Assembly: GCA_020632395.1 (NCBI GenBank)
Contig: JACKFQ010000001.1
Coordinates: 226,009-290,008, forward strand
Length of the DNA: 64,000 nt
Direction: 5' to 3'
DNA from: Candidatus Nomurabacteria bacterium
GTDB taxonomy: Bacteria; Patescibacteriota; Dojkabacteria; SC72; JAHDCA01
Shown here: one piece after another, positions 1 through 10,147 of the stretch
How the letters are laid out: the number at the start of each line of letters is the position of its first letter
How positions within the stretch are numbered: the stretch's first letter is position 1
The notes under the pieces: model-generated
Database searches by the model: none
Told to the model about the DNA's origin: nothing
Seen by the model: only the letters and a program-made list of their open reading frames with translations
Translations under genes and position numbers: made by a program

Positions 1-436
1 TCTTAATGACCCTCAATTCCTAAGATTAGTAGACCAGCACAGGCCTATAATTGATGCACTCCGCGAATTATTTAATCAGTTATATTCGGAGAAAAAACAA
101 GAAAATACCTAATATCAATTGTAATTGTTAAGCTTACAGAGAACAATTCACATACAAGGTTGTGGATGAAGCATTTTCAGGATTCATCCTGAAAAGTGGT
201 GACCCCATTACACAACAGCAAAGAATGACAGGGGATAAAGAGAGATGGCCATCCAAATACACTCTCCAAGATACTTCTTCAAGGATGTCGCTTTGCTAGA
301 ACTTTGCACGAAGTACAAACAATTATCCTGTGATTTGATACGTTGAATATTTTTCCAATAATCTTCTAATTCTAAATATTTCCCAAAACTGGGTGTAATT
401 TACAGATCAACAATGCTGATGTCATAATTTGGATCA

Positions 437-1627
437 TCAAGAATCCTCTTGTAAAACTCTAGACATATTTATACTAACAGGAACACCGATTAACAAACCA
501 AAAATCCCAACCAAGCCAAGAGTATTCTCAACTCCTAATTTATCTATCGAATTTCCTACTAGAAGACCTAGCGGAACAAGTACCAAATTCACGAGAAGAC
601 TTACTGCAGAAAGAGATGTTGCTCGATACTTTGATTCTATATGCTCATTCTGCATGTTATTAATTATCGGCAACCGATAGCCATCCACAAACTTCCGTAA
701 ATATACTGAGGAAACAGCACCAAACCCACCTCTGACAAATGAGAATAACGAACCAACGCTCATACTGAGGATTAAAGCGATCGAAGAATACTTTGACCTG
801 AAGATCCTTTCAAACCTATCAACAAATCGAGTACCTATTGCCCGCATCAGATATGTTCCACCTATCAACCATGCGATCAGAGTGGGGTCGTCAAAAGGTT
901 TAGTGATCCGAGGCTCATATAGATACCACACCGAAACATAAGTAATGATCATAGTGATAATGGAGAACAACGAAACCCAACGGACCTTACTATTTCTGAA
1001 AATGTGCCGTACTCCATCGATATTTTGCTTCAGATAATCTTTAATGTGGTATTTCTCCGAATCAATTTTCGGTTCAATATAGAAAAGGCTCGCCAGAAGA
1101 CCGATAAATGTTATGGGAATCATCACTCCAAAAGGTAAAAACGGATCTATTTTGTATAGATATCCACTTGATATACTCGCTATTGCCATCCCCAATGTAC
1201 AAAACAAAAATGTATCAGCTTCTATTTTTTTATAAAGCTTTTTCTCTAACCCCTCTTCTTTTAGCGAATCATATAACAAAGCCGATTGAGCTCCAGAAGT
1301 AAATGAGTTGTCTACATAATAGAGTAACTGGAATACTATTACTCCAAGGAAATTATGTTGTATATAGAAAAACAGATAAGCACAAAAGAGTGCTATACGC
1401 CCAATAACAACTGTTCTTTTCCTGCCAATAATATCCGCTAATGCACCTGATGGAAGCTCCAAGATAACACTCAAGAGCAACCCTGCAGCAATTGCACTGT
1501 TTATTTGGGCGAAATCAAGCTTAAGATCGGTATTCCAGATAAGAACGTATGTCCCAATTGGAAGAAAGAACCAATTGAACACAGAATCGATCTTATAAGT
1601 AAGGATATTTCTTTGTAGATTGCTCAT
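437..1627 (-). CDS. MFS-type transporter. The ORF track extends to 1846 but the N-terminal ~73 aa probably read through toward the IS200 end; likely start at MSNLQR, ~1627
   Basis: Multi-TM hydrophobic protein with the MFS loop motif G-R-K-R (IIGRKRTVVIGR). The upstream extension overlaps the IS200 terminal hairpin region. Confidence 0.6.
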   Translation of the reverse strand: MSNLQRNILTYKIDSVFNWFFLPIGTYVLIWNTDLKLDFAQINSAIAAGLLLSVILELPSGALADIIGRKRTVVIGRIALFCAYLFFYIQHNFLGVIVFQLLYYVDNSFTSGAQSALLYDSLKEEGLEKKLYKKIEADTFLFCTLGMAIASISSGYLYKIDPFLPFGVMIPITFIGLLASLFYIEPKIDSEKYHIKDYLKQNIDGVRHIFRNSKVRWVSLFSIITMIITYVSVWYLYEPRITKPFDDPTLIAWLIGGTYLMRAIGTRFVDRFERIFRSKYSSIALILSMSVGSLFSFVRGGFGAVSSVYLRKFVDGYRLPIINNMQNEHIESKYRATSLSAVSLLVNLVLVPLGLLVGNSIDKLGVENTLGLVGIFGLLIGVPVSINMSRVLQEDS

Positions 1628-1789
1628 AAAGTGAAATAAGTCAGCAATATATAGGGAATTATATTTTATTGAATGTTTCTTAACAATGATACATATGAGA
1701 TAACCAGGTAGAGTATTTGGGTAGAGGCATAACTTTGGAGGTGTAATTGTTGAGGGGTCTTCCGCTGGAAACGCGTTGAGAGGGATGAC

Positions 1790-2310
1790 GTTAATTGAGC
1801 CGACTCCCTCGGCATGAATGCCGGGGATTCCGGCTAGGGGTGTCATTTTAGGATTGTGAAGAAATGTACCTTTTTACCACCCCCTCTTCTATCTCACCTA
1901 CTGTTACTGCAAAATAGCCGTCACACCAAAAGCTATCCCCCCATAGAAACTCATCTAGGTCTGGATACTCTTGTTTTAATAATCGACTACTCACACCTTT
2001 AATCTTATGCATTACCGATGATAAACTCTCTCGTGGTTTAATTTGGATTAACATATGAACATGATCAGTCTTGATTGCTAATTCCTCTATCCACCATTTA
2101 TTTAGTTTACAACCTTCATACAATATCTCTGTTATGCGTGTTGATATATCCTTACGAAGGATGTTCTTTCTCCTTTTGGGTATCCAGACTACATGATACC
2201 GAAGTCTGTGTTTTGTGTGAGCTCCGCTCCAATATTTCTTCACATCCTAATTATGACACTTCGCTCAGACGCCCACAACAATGCTACGCCTTGTTGTGGA
2301 TCAGTTCGCT
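1790..2310 (-). mobile_element. IS200-like minimal insertion sequence (tnpA only) with subterminal hairpins; ends approximate
   Basis: Perfect palindromes flank tnpA: ggcat-ga-atgcc (~1812-1823) and ccacaacaa-N9-ttgttgtgg (~2270-2296). No tnpB is present. Confidence 0.55.
1848..2243 (-). CDS. tnpA: IS200/IS605-family Y1 (HUH) transposase TnpA
   Basis: ~131 aa. HVHML HxH motif, YHVVWIPKRR N-terminus, and a C-terminal catalytic Tyr region typical of IS200 TnpA. Confidence 0.85.
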   Translation of the reverse strand: MKKYWSGAHTKHRLRYHVVWIPKRRKNILRKDISTRITEILYEGCKLNKWWIEELAIKTDHVHMLIQIKPRESLSSVMHKIKGVSSRLLKQEYPDLDEFLWGDSFWCDGYFAVTVGEIEEGVVKRYISSQS

Positions 2311-2595
2311 TCATCCCCATTCTTAAAAGACTTGGGGTATTCGCGTCGACTCAATAAATTTGGATTTTGTGGGATAGTGTCTAAACACCCTCTATACGGA
2401 TAAATACTACCAAGAGAGGATAATTCGAGACTTGGGGTAGGTAGTAAAACCGTAATTGAACAAATCTTCAAGTATATCGATGATTTTAAAACCACTTGGA
2501 ATTGGTTGTCTAATCCAACGATGAGGTTTGAGGGATTAGATTAGAAGAGCAATTCCTGTAAATTAGGATTCGCACTACTATATTGTGGACTAGTA

Positions 2596-3780
2596 GTGTA
2601 TAATCAAAACATGAATATAAAAAGAGACATCGAAAGTCAAATAAAAAAAGCTTCTAAAAAGATTGGTGTGATTACAATAGTAGGGCCAAGACAGTCCGGT
2701 AAAACAACAATTGCTAAGGAATTATTTCCAGACCATAAGTACTATAATTTGGAAGACATTCGACTACGAGATAGAATATCACAAGATCCAAAACAATTTC
2801 TAGATAACCATGAATCGGGTATTATCCTTGATGAGGTACAAAAATATCCTGGTTTATTATCATATATTCAGATAAAAATTGATGAAGACTTCATGCCTGC
2901 TCGTTTTATTCTAACAGGATCTGAAAACCTACTTCTCTCAGAGAAAATATCCCAGAGTCTTGCTGGAAGGACATCCATCTTTCAATTACTACCATTAAGT
3001 ATAAATGAATTAATAAACTCAAATTACCTTAAAGAGAATTATCTTGAACAAATTCTTTTTGGATTTTATCCTCGTATTTATTCTCAGAATCTTCAGCCAA
3101 GTGATTTATATCCAGATTATGTGACAACATATATTGAGCGTGACGTAAGGCAAGTCAAAAATATTGGTGACCTAACAAACTTCCAAAGATTCCTTCAACT
3201 ATTAGCCGGAAGGACAGGGCAACTATTAAATCTATCAAGCCTTGCAAGTGATGTAGGGGTTACATACAAAACTATTGAGTCATGGATTTCACTTTTAGAA
3301 GCAACATATATTGCATTCCGATTGCAACCATACTATAAGAACTTTGGAAAAAGGATTATTAAGTCTCCAAAGGTTTACTTTTATGATACTGGGTTACTTT
3401 GCTATTTATTGGGGATTGATAGTGTGAAAGAGTTAAGCACTCATTCAGCTATTGGTGCAATTTATGAGAACTTAATAGTTACAGATTTCAAAAAACAGCT
3501 TTTCAATACACGCTCTAGTTCAAAACTATATTTTTGGAGAGATAGTGAAAAAAACGAAATAGATTTATTGATCAAAAATGCAGATATATTATATCCAATT
3601 GAGATAAAAGCTGGGAGCTCATTTAACAGCGACTACCTCAAGGGGATAAAGGTATGGGATAGTTTACACCAAGAAAAGAGTTTAAGTCATATCGTTTACA
3701 ATGGTGAGAATGATAAGATTTCTAATACAAAACTCATTAATTGGGTTGAGATTAATGAATTTACTGATCTAATTTCCTAA
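2596..3780 (+). CDS. AAA+ ATPase with C-terminal DUF4143 domain (COG1373-like)
   Basis: Walker A GPRQSGKTT near the N-terminus; the C-terminal region has the YFYDTGLL motif typical of DUF4143. Confidence 0.7.
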   Translation: MYNQNMNIKRDIESQIKKASKKIGVITIVGPRQSGKTTIAKELFPDHKYYNLEDIRLRDRISQDPKQFLDNHESGIILDEVQKYPGLLSYIQIKIDEDFMPARFILTGSENLLLSEKISQSLAGRTSIFQLLPLSINELINSNYLKENYLEQILFGFYPRIYSQNLQPSDLYPDYVTTYIERDVRQVKNIGDLTNFQRFLQLLAGRTGQLLNLSSLASDVGVTYKTIESWISLLEATYIAFRLQPYYKNFGKRIIKSPKVYFYDTGLLCYLLGIDSVKELSTHSAIGAIYENLIVTDFKKQLFNTRSSSKLYFWRDSEKNEIDLLIKNADILYPIEIKAGSSFNSDYLKGIKVWDSLHQEKSLSHIVYNGENDKISNTKLINWVEINEFTDLIS

Positions 3781-4002
3781 GGATTTAGATAGTATATGAG
3801 CGATTGCTCTATAGGAAAATCCAAGTTGGGGTGGAAGATTTCAAACTTCTCCAATTTGTTGAAGAGATACTAATACCGCTATTCCAGCAAGTTAAAAAGG
3901 TTCAGGAAGAGATGAATTTGATCATAGCTGAAAATAAGTCCAAGCCTTATGTAAAGCTCGATTATAAGCTCTAACACTTAGAAGGAAGAGAGGACTCCAA
4001 CT

Positions 4003-4317
4003 TTATACAGATCTTCTCTTTGAGCCCGACATATTTTTAACTGTTCCGTGAACTTCTTTTTTACGCATGGCTGCGGCTGCTAATCCCATATCCGACTGAG
4101 GAACTTGCAAGACCTTCTGACTTGAGCGTCTATCTCCTAATCTCTGAGCCGCTTTCTCAAGAAGTTTTGGATTTCCACTTCTCTCAATTTCTGTTGCTCG
4201 AGATCCAGACTTTGTAACAGCATCTAGTCGTCTATTTCGAGATAAGGAGACCTCCTGTTTTCCCTCTTTACCTGCAGCCTTAGACTGGGCTCTTATGTGT
4301 GATTGTGTTTTAGACAT
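4003..4317 (-). CDS. small basic hypothetical protein
   Basis: 104-aa ORF, K/R/S-rich, no recognisable domain. Confidence 0.3.
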   Translation of the reverse strand: MSKTQSHIRAQSKAAGKEGKQEVSLSRNRRLDAVTKSGSRATEIERSGNPKLLEKAAQRLGDRRSSQKVLQVPQSDMGLAAAAMRKKEVHGTVKNMSGSKRRSV

Positions 4318-4456
4318 AAATGTAAATTGAAAAGTTATTAATTATTTTAGCAAACCTCAAATAGGAGTGCTAGTCCCGTTTAGAGTCAGTAGTATTTCTG
4401 TTCAAATACAGCCATTTCTGATATCCTTATAAAAGTAATTTTAGCGAGGAATTACA

Positions 4457-6133
4457 ATGCGAGACCTAGAGACTCCGTCAAAAGACAATCTTAGTAAAAT
4501 ACTAACTGCAATTGATTCTGGATTTTATGTAATTCCAGACTTTCAAAGAGAATTTGAATGGGGACCTTGGGATATACAAGCATTGTTACAATCAATATTT
4601 GCTGATTATTACATTGGTACACTACTTCTTTGGCGATCAACTCCCGAAAACTTCAACAAACTGAATTGTGAGTCTATATACGGATTTAACAAGATCAATA
4701 AAGAGAAACTAATGTATACAGCTCAACACATTGTTTTAGACGGACAACAGAGACTTAGTGCTCTACATTATGCGTTTTTTCCTCCGACAGAGCCATTTCC
4801 AAAAAGAAAAACTCGTTTCTATTTCTTTGTTAAACTTAACAGTATTTTAGAAGACGACTGGGATGAATCAATTGAATACAGAAATGACAATACTTCACGA
4901 CAAAGAACCGCAGAAGAGTTTGTAGGACCCTTAGAAAAGCAATTCGAAGAAGGGTTATTTCCACTATACCTGCTTGGTCAGGGTTTTGAATGGTATAAGT
5001 GGGTTGTACAGTATGGGAATTGGCTAGAGAAACAAGGAGATACCGAAAAAGAAGAGAAAGTACAAAAACTTGAGAAGTTCTTCCAATCATTGCTAAATAG
5101 TTATGATATTAGCTATATCGAACTATCAAAGGACATAGATGTTGCTAAGGTATGCGATATATTTACAAAGATCAACTCATCTGGATTGAAACTTACGATC
5201 TTTGACCTTCTCAACGCATTGTTGAAGCCTCACGACATTGAGCTTAAGAAAAACTGGAGAATTGCTTCTGAGAACTATAACCACAAAGAGCTGGAAAAGA
5301 TGAACATCTACCTTCTTCAGTATATGTCGATCAGACTACAAGGATACTGTTCGCCCAGATATCTTTACTACTTAGTTCCTAATACACAAAGAACAATTAG
5401 AAAAGAAGATGGATCAAAAGAGAAACGAGTAATTATGACAAGCCCAGAAGAATTTACACAATACTGGGAGGAAGCCTTGCGATATACTCAAAAGGCTTTA
5501 GCAAAAATTGAGAATCCTAGGGATTTTGGATCGCTTCAACCAAAGTTTATTCCATATCCAACTATGACGCCTATTCTCGCTGTTTTACTGAAAGAGAAAG
5601 AGTCGCTAGATTCCACAAGACAACAAGCATTTGATAAGAAAATTACACAATGGTATTGGGCTTCTGTACTATCCAACAGTTATTCAAGCAGTGTTGAATC
5701 AACAATGACGAAAGACTACTTAGATCTCAAAAAATGGATAGAAGACGATTCAATGACACCAAATGTGGTTCAAAGAGCCGTTAATACTATTGAAAATCTT
5801 GATCTGGTTAGAGAGAATCGACAGAATACCGCTATTTATAACGCAATATTCAGTCTGTTTGCTAGAAACGAAGCAAGAGACTTCTACACAAATAATCTTC
5901 CAGAGTATTCAGTATTAGAAGATCACCATATTGTTCCAGCGTCTTGGGGTAAGAAAAACGGGATAAAAGACATAAATACGATATTAAACAAAGCACCTAT
6001 TTCAAATGATACAAACAAGAAGATTAGCGACAGACTTCCAAGTGATTACCTCAATGAAATAAAGCGAAATATCGGAAATGACGAGCAATTTTATGATCTG
6101 ATGCGAACACACCTCATCGAGCATCTCATCTAG
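4457..6133 (+). CDS. GmrSD-family type IV restriction endonuclease (N-terminal DUF262 + C-terminal DUF1524 His-Me finger)
   Basis: DUF262 signature FQREFEW plus DGQQR (IVLDGQQRLSAL). The C-terminus has DHHIVPASWGKKNG...N...N, resembling the DUF1524 HNH-like motif. Confidence 0.8.
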   Translation: MRDLETPSKDNLSKILTAIDSGFYVIPDFQREFEWGPWDIQALLQSIFADYYIGTLLLWRSTPENFNKLNCESIYGFNKINKEKLMYTAQHIVLDGQQRLSALHYAFFPPTEPFPKRKTRFYFFVKLNSILEDDWDESIEYRNDNTSRQRTAEEFVGPLEKQFEEGLFPLYLLGQGFEWYKWVVQYGNWLEKQGDTEKEEKVQKLEKFFQSLLNSYDISYIELSKDIDVAKVCDIFTKINSSGLKLTIFDLLNALLKPHDIELKKNWRIASENYNHKELEKMNIYLLQYMSIRLQGYCSPRYLYYLVPNTQRTIRKEDGSKEKRVIMTSPEEFTQYWEEALRYTQKALAKIENPRDFGSLQPKFIPYPTMTPILAVLLKEKESLDSTRQQAFDKKITQWYWASVLSNSYSSSVESTMTKDYLDLKKWIEDDSMTPNVVQRAVNTIENLDLVRENRQNTAIYNAIFSLFARNEARDFYTNNLPEYSVLEDHHIVPASWGKKNGIKDINTILNKAPISNDTNKKISDRLPSDYLNEIKRNIGNDEQFYDLMRTHLIEHLI

Positions 6134-6387
6134 ATTCGGAAAAGCAAGTTTGTATCCTTGATTTATATGATAACCATTTTCTGGAATATCAAACTCTAAT
6201 CTATATTTTTTTAATAAGCTCCCTAAATGTTAGGTGATATGTAATTGCAGTAATCGCGTATTAATAGCCACGATCAACATTCGAGAGCTCTTCTAGCGTA
6301 TTTTTTATTGAGGTATATCTATTAGTACTCCCAAATCGCCTTGATAAATAAATTAGGTTCATTACTTCTTAATTTAAAACTTACTTA

Positions 6388-6768
6388 TTAACTTTCTACA
6401 TCATCCGTTTTATCAATTATTTCTAATATAAATTTGTCAGGAGTAATTTGCATCTCTTGTTCATTCTCTGGCTTGGGCTTTCCAAGTAGTCGATCTACCC
6501 AGTCTATAAGTAATTTGCTTGAACTAGACATTTTTGAGATGTATGTAAAGGCCAGCTTATCATTGATGGTAAATTGATCTTTGTGATGTTCCATATTCTC
6601 TTTAACTTCTTCAAATTCTGAAATGGTCATTCCCATATAATCAGTAATCCTATCCATAAATATTTGACTTTGCCTTTTTCTTTCCCATCCCTTTGATTTT
6701 TGATCGGGAGATGGTTGTTGCTTTGAACTGAATTGTGTTGCTTTACCGTTTTTTACGCCGTTTTGCAT
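6388..6768 (-). CDS. hypothetical protein
   Basis: 126-aa ORF with no recognisable motif. Confidence 0.35.
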   Translation of the reverse strand: MQNGVKNGKATQFSSKQQPSPDQKSKGWERKRQSQIFMDRITDYMGMTISEFEEVKENMEHHKDQFTINDKLAFTYISKMSSSSKLLIDWVDRLLGKPKPENEQEMQITPDKFILEIIDKTDDVES

Positions 6769-6829
6769 ATCATAATTATATTAGATTGAAATTTAGTTAT
6801 CGCGTAGCAATAATGTTACTTGCTATAAT

Positions 6830-7954
6830 ATGGGTATGAGAAACAAAAAACTAATTGACGATATTAACTATCTATTTAAAACACTCCCCAGAAAACATAA
6901 GGATTTGTATGCACTAATCTCAAAGGATGAGTTTATTATGATGACAGATAGAGTTGTAGCTCTTGTTGATAATAAGGACTTCAAACAAAAGGATTTTCCA
7001 ATCGTTTTGCAAATGATTTTCGCAAAGATTCGGGATGCTCATTCGATGGTTGATCGATATCAAGATCCTAAAACTCCTTTCTATTTCGAACATATCAACG
7101 GTACCTATGCCCCAGTCGTAGTAAGTAAGGAGACTAAAAAGCTACTACTTACAAAGCTTAAGTCAATAAATGGTTATAGTATAGAAGAATTTTCTAGACT
7201 AATCGACAAGTATATTATTTATGATAATCCTGAAGCTCAGAAATTGCAGATATCTCGATCGTTAAGTGATTGGAAGCTGATTAATTATGTAACCTCAAAT
7301 AAAAATAAATACATAACTTATGTTTTTGCAGATGGTACGAAGGTAAAGTCCAAGAAACGACTTAAGTCTACTATGCAAACAAGCATCTATTGGACAGAAG
7401 GACTAGAGTTTTTACGAGAAAGACCTAGCTATTTCCTATTATCAAAGGGAAATGCTTTGTATATTAAGTACTCAAGATGTAGGGAAGATCAGGATTATCC
7501 ACTTAAGCAATTCACAAGAGAGATTAGGGCTGCTATAAAAAAGAATACTCCAAGCAAAATAGTTGTCGATTTTAGAAATAATCACGGTGGTAACTCCTCT
7601 CTGTTTGACCAGATCGCTGATGTACTAAAAAGCTATATCGATAAAAACAAACCCAAAGTCTATTGTTTAATCAATAGAAAAGTATTCTCTTCTGGGACTC
7701 TTAATACATATGATGTGAAATACAAGCTTGGTGCTACGGTTGTTGGACAACCTGCTTCTCAGGGGATAAACCATTTCGGTTATACTCACTTTTTTGAGTT
7801 ACCGAATTCGAAAGTTGAAATACGTTACTCCTCTGAGTATTGGAAATTTATTGATGGAAATGATCCTGTAATTAAACCCGATGTGTACATCGAACCTACA
7901 ATTGCTGACTATAAAAACGGTAACGATCCTGTACTCCAGTACTGCCTAGACTAA
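6830..7954 (+). CDS. S41-family (C-terminal processing / tail-specific) peptidase-like protein
   Basis: DFRNNHGGNS (cf. the S41 D-x-R-x-N-x-G-G motif) and a downstream FSSGT serine region. Confidence 0.5.
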   Translation: MGMRNKKLIDDINYLFKTLPRKHKDLYALISKDEFIMMTDRVVALVDNKDFKQKDFPIVLQMIFAKIRDAHSMVDRYQDPKTPFYFEHINGTYAPVVVSKETKKLLLTKLKSINGYSIEEFSRLIDKYIIYDNPEAQKLQISRSLSDWKLINYVTSNKNKYITYVFADGTKVKSKKRLKSTMQTSIYWTEGLEFLRERPSYFLLSKGNALYIKYSRCREDQDYPLKQFTREIRAAIKKNTPSKIVVDFRNNHGGNSSLFDQIADVLKSYIDKNKPKVYCLINRKVFSSGTLNTYDVKYKLGATVVGQPASQGINHFGYTHFFELPNSKVEIRYSSEYWKFIDGNDPVIKPDVYIEPTIADYKNGNDPVLQYCLD

Positions 7955-8442
7955 AGGATTTTAAGACTATCAATCTCATCAATGTTGTGAATTTCAAGCC
8001 CGTACTTCATGCACTCTGTTTTGTAGTATTCGTTGTACATAATCACCCATTCAACCTCTATGTCCTTTATCCAATCAGGGTATTTATCACCGTCATCATA
8101 AAGCCCTCTCGTATTTATCCTGTTTCGAATTCTTTGTGCGTCTTCATCAATTAAGAAAAGATATCTAATATCATGCTTATCAGAATTCCGGAGCTTACTC
8201 ACATATTCTGGTGTAATTGCGATTCCTTCAAGAGCAATATTTTGAAACCCAAACCCTATCTCCAGAAAGGTGTCGAGGCCTCTTTGAGTTGCGATTGCTT
8301 GTTTAGTTTCGTGCTCAAATACTGTCTTTGCATCTTTATTTTTATGGTAAAATTCTACAGCATCAAGTCCGTGACCATAGAATAAATCAGGATTATCTTC
8401 AGGCTTAAGAACTTCTAGCCTTTCATTACAGAGCAAACTCAA
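7951..8442 (-). CDS. hypothetical protein (possibly a truncated kinase-like fragment)
   Basis: 163-aa ORF; resembles the lid/C-terminal half of a P-loop kinase but no P-loop is present. Confidence 0.3.
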   Translation of the reverse strand: MSLLCNERLEVLKPEDNPDLFYGHGLDAVEFYHKNKDAKTVFEHETKQAIATQRGLDTFLEIGFGFQNIALEGIAITPEYVSKLRNSDKHDIRYLFLIDEDAQRIRNRINTRGLYDDGDKYPDWIKDIEVEWVIMYNEYYKTECMKYGLEIHNIDEIDSLKIL

Positions 8443-8481
8443 CTAAGTATCAAAGACATTCTACTCTTTTGATATAATCAT

Positions 8482-9105
8482 TTGATTAAGCTGACATCAT
8501 TACTTATGAAGAGTATTATTTTCGACCTTAATGGAGTATTCATCAAGGGTGAGTATCTTACATCAAGGCTTGAGAAAAAGTACAAGGTTTCCACAGAAGA
8601 ATCCCTTACTGCACTGAAATCTATCATGGATATTGTAAGACAACCAAATGCACCTTCGATATATTCTCTTTGTGAATCATATTTCGAAGAGTGGGGTGTA
8701 GAACTTGATGAAACTGAATTCTTGGATTGGTATTTCTCGGGAGAATCACTAGATGAAGAAATGTATGAGTTTGCACTTTCATTGAAACAACAAGGTTATA
8801 ACATTTATTTTCTCTCAAACAATTTCAGAGAAAGAACAGATTACTACAGAAATAATCTCCCTAAACTGTTTCAGCTACCTAAGAAATCATATTTCAGCTG
8901 GGAAACTGGTTTGGTTAAACCTAATGTCGAAGTGTATAAACATATCTTAAATGAGAATTCACTAGATCCCACTTCAACATACTACATAGATGACTCGGAA
9001 AAGAACCTAGAAGTAGCTGGATCACTTGGTGTGAATACTTTCTTAATGAAAAATGAAACAACTGTTGATGATTTAAGAGAGTTTATAGCTAGTGCTAGCG
9101 TCTAA
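8482..9105 (+). CDS. HAD-superfamily hydrolase-like protein
   Basis: N-terminal IIFDLNGV (HAD motif I variant), YFLSNN motif II region, C-terminal IDDS motif. Confidence 0.45.
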   Translation: MIKLTSLLMKSIIFDLNGVFIKGEYLTSRLEKKYKVSTEESLTALKSIMDIVRQPNAPSIYSLCESYFEEWGVELDETEFLDWYFSGESLDEEMYEFALSLKQQGYNIYFLSNNFRERTDYYRNNLPKLFQLPKKSYFSWETGLVKPNVEVYKHILNENSLDPTSTYYIDDSEKNLEVAGSLGVNTFLMKNETTVDDLREFIASASV

Positions 9106-9232
9106 TCTCCCTCTGAGCTCATAAACACTAACAATAAAGGTAAATTAGGATTCTGGGGTCGCTATGCCTCTATCATACTAAACAGCTTATATGACAAGTT
9201 GGTTGAAGCAAAGAGTATGGTAAAGCCTGAGT

Positions 9233-9979
9233 TTAGTTACTCTTGAGGGAATTTTGATAGATCTCGACCAAAGGCTCTTCCCAATCAAAACAAGATGATA
9301 TTCCAACTAACGACTTGAAAGCTTTTATACTTTTTTCATCAAGTTTGGCATACTCTTGTAAAACACCAACACATTCTGCAATAAATCCGCCTACAGTACC
9401 ATTTGAATCATCAACACCCCCAGAAACAAGCTTCTTATCGAGTCTAATTATTAATTTTACCAGTAAGTCAGCAGTTTGATAGCTTACTGGCAATTTTGAA
9501 ACAATTGTAGATAATCTATTTGTGCCTTCTCGAAGTGAATCTTGATATGCAAACCAGATCCTTGAAGGTCCAGAATATGCTTTAATCAGTCTTACAGCAT
9601 TTGAGATCACTTTTTTGGTTTCCGCAAGTTCTTCTGTAGACAATTCTCCTAGATTCTTACTGCAAGTTGGGTGAGAAATAGTTGTCTTATCTTCTGTTGG
9701 AATTTTCTTGCCTCTCAGGATTGCATAAATAGCCACAGCAACCATATGCTTGCACAGTATGTCCTGTTCACCTAGATAACAATTGCAACGACCTCGATCA
9801 TAAGACTTGGAATGAACTACAACTTTATATGGGTGAGTACCTTGTACTGTAGCAGTATAGGTAATTCCATTGTCGTCAAATTCTTTGATCTTGCCTGATT
9901 CATATAAACCAATTGCTCGTTTATATGTTGGTTCGTCAGTTGCGTATTTAATTTTTTCTAGTGTGTATGCTGGTTTCAT
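9233..9979 (-). CDS. SWIM zinc-finger domain protein
   Basis: CxC-x(n)-CxH arrangement (RCNCYLGEQDILCKHMVAV). Confidence 0.5.
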   Translation of the reverse strand: MKPAYTLEKIKYATDEPTYKRAIGLYESGKIKEFDDNGITYTATVQGTHPYKVVVHSKSYDRGRCNCYLGEQDILCKHMVAVAIYAILRGKKIPTEDKTTISHPTCSKNLGELSTEELAETKKVISNAVRLIKAYSGPSRIWFAYQDSLREGTNRLSTIVSKLPVSYQTADLLVKLIIRLDKKLVSGGVDDSNGTVGGFIAECVGVLQEYAKLDEKSIKAFKSLVGISSCFDWEEPLVEIYQNSLKSN

Positions 9980-9984
9980 TTTGT

Positions 9985-10135
9985 TTCAGTTTTGGAACTA
10001 GAATACCTACTTAGTTCCAAGTTGGAACTAATTTTCTTTCTTAGTCCCAATTTGAGACTAAGGTTGTAACACTGGTGTTACAAAGTGCGACCCTTGTAAC
10101 AAAACGCTCTCTTTTTGTTACATATATGACTTCGT
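9985..10135. promoter_or_regulatory. cluster of palindromes (candidate operators) between the Fic and SWIM genes
   Basis: ggaacta-N10-tagttcc at ~10003-10030. Perfect 8-2-8 palindrome ttgtaacac-tg-gtgttacaa at ~10063-10082. ttgtaacaa and ttgttacat half-site repeats follow. Confidence 0.35.
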
Positions 10136-10147
10136 GAAACAAGACTG

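Noticed and set aside
437-1846. Full-length 469-aa ORF as the MFS transporter
   Set aside because: The first ~73 codons run across the IS200 terminal hairpin and are not membrane-like. An internal Met at ~1627 gives a ~395-aa MFS protein of normal size.
4836-5090. 84-aa minus-strand ORF inside the GmrSD gene
   Set aside because: It is antisense to a well-supported domain-containing CDS.
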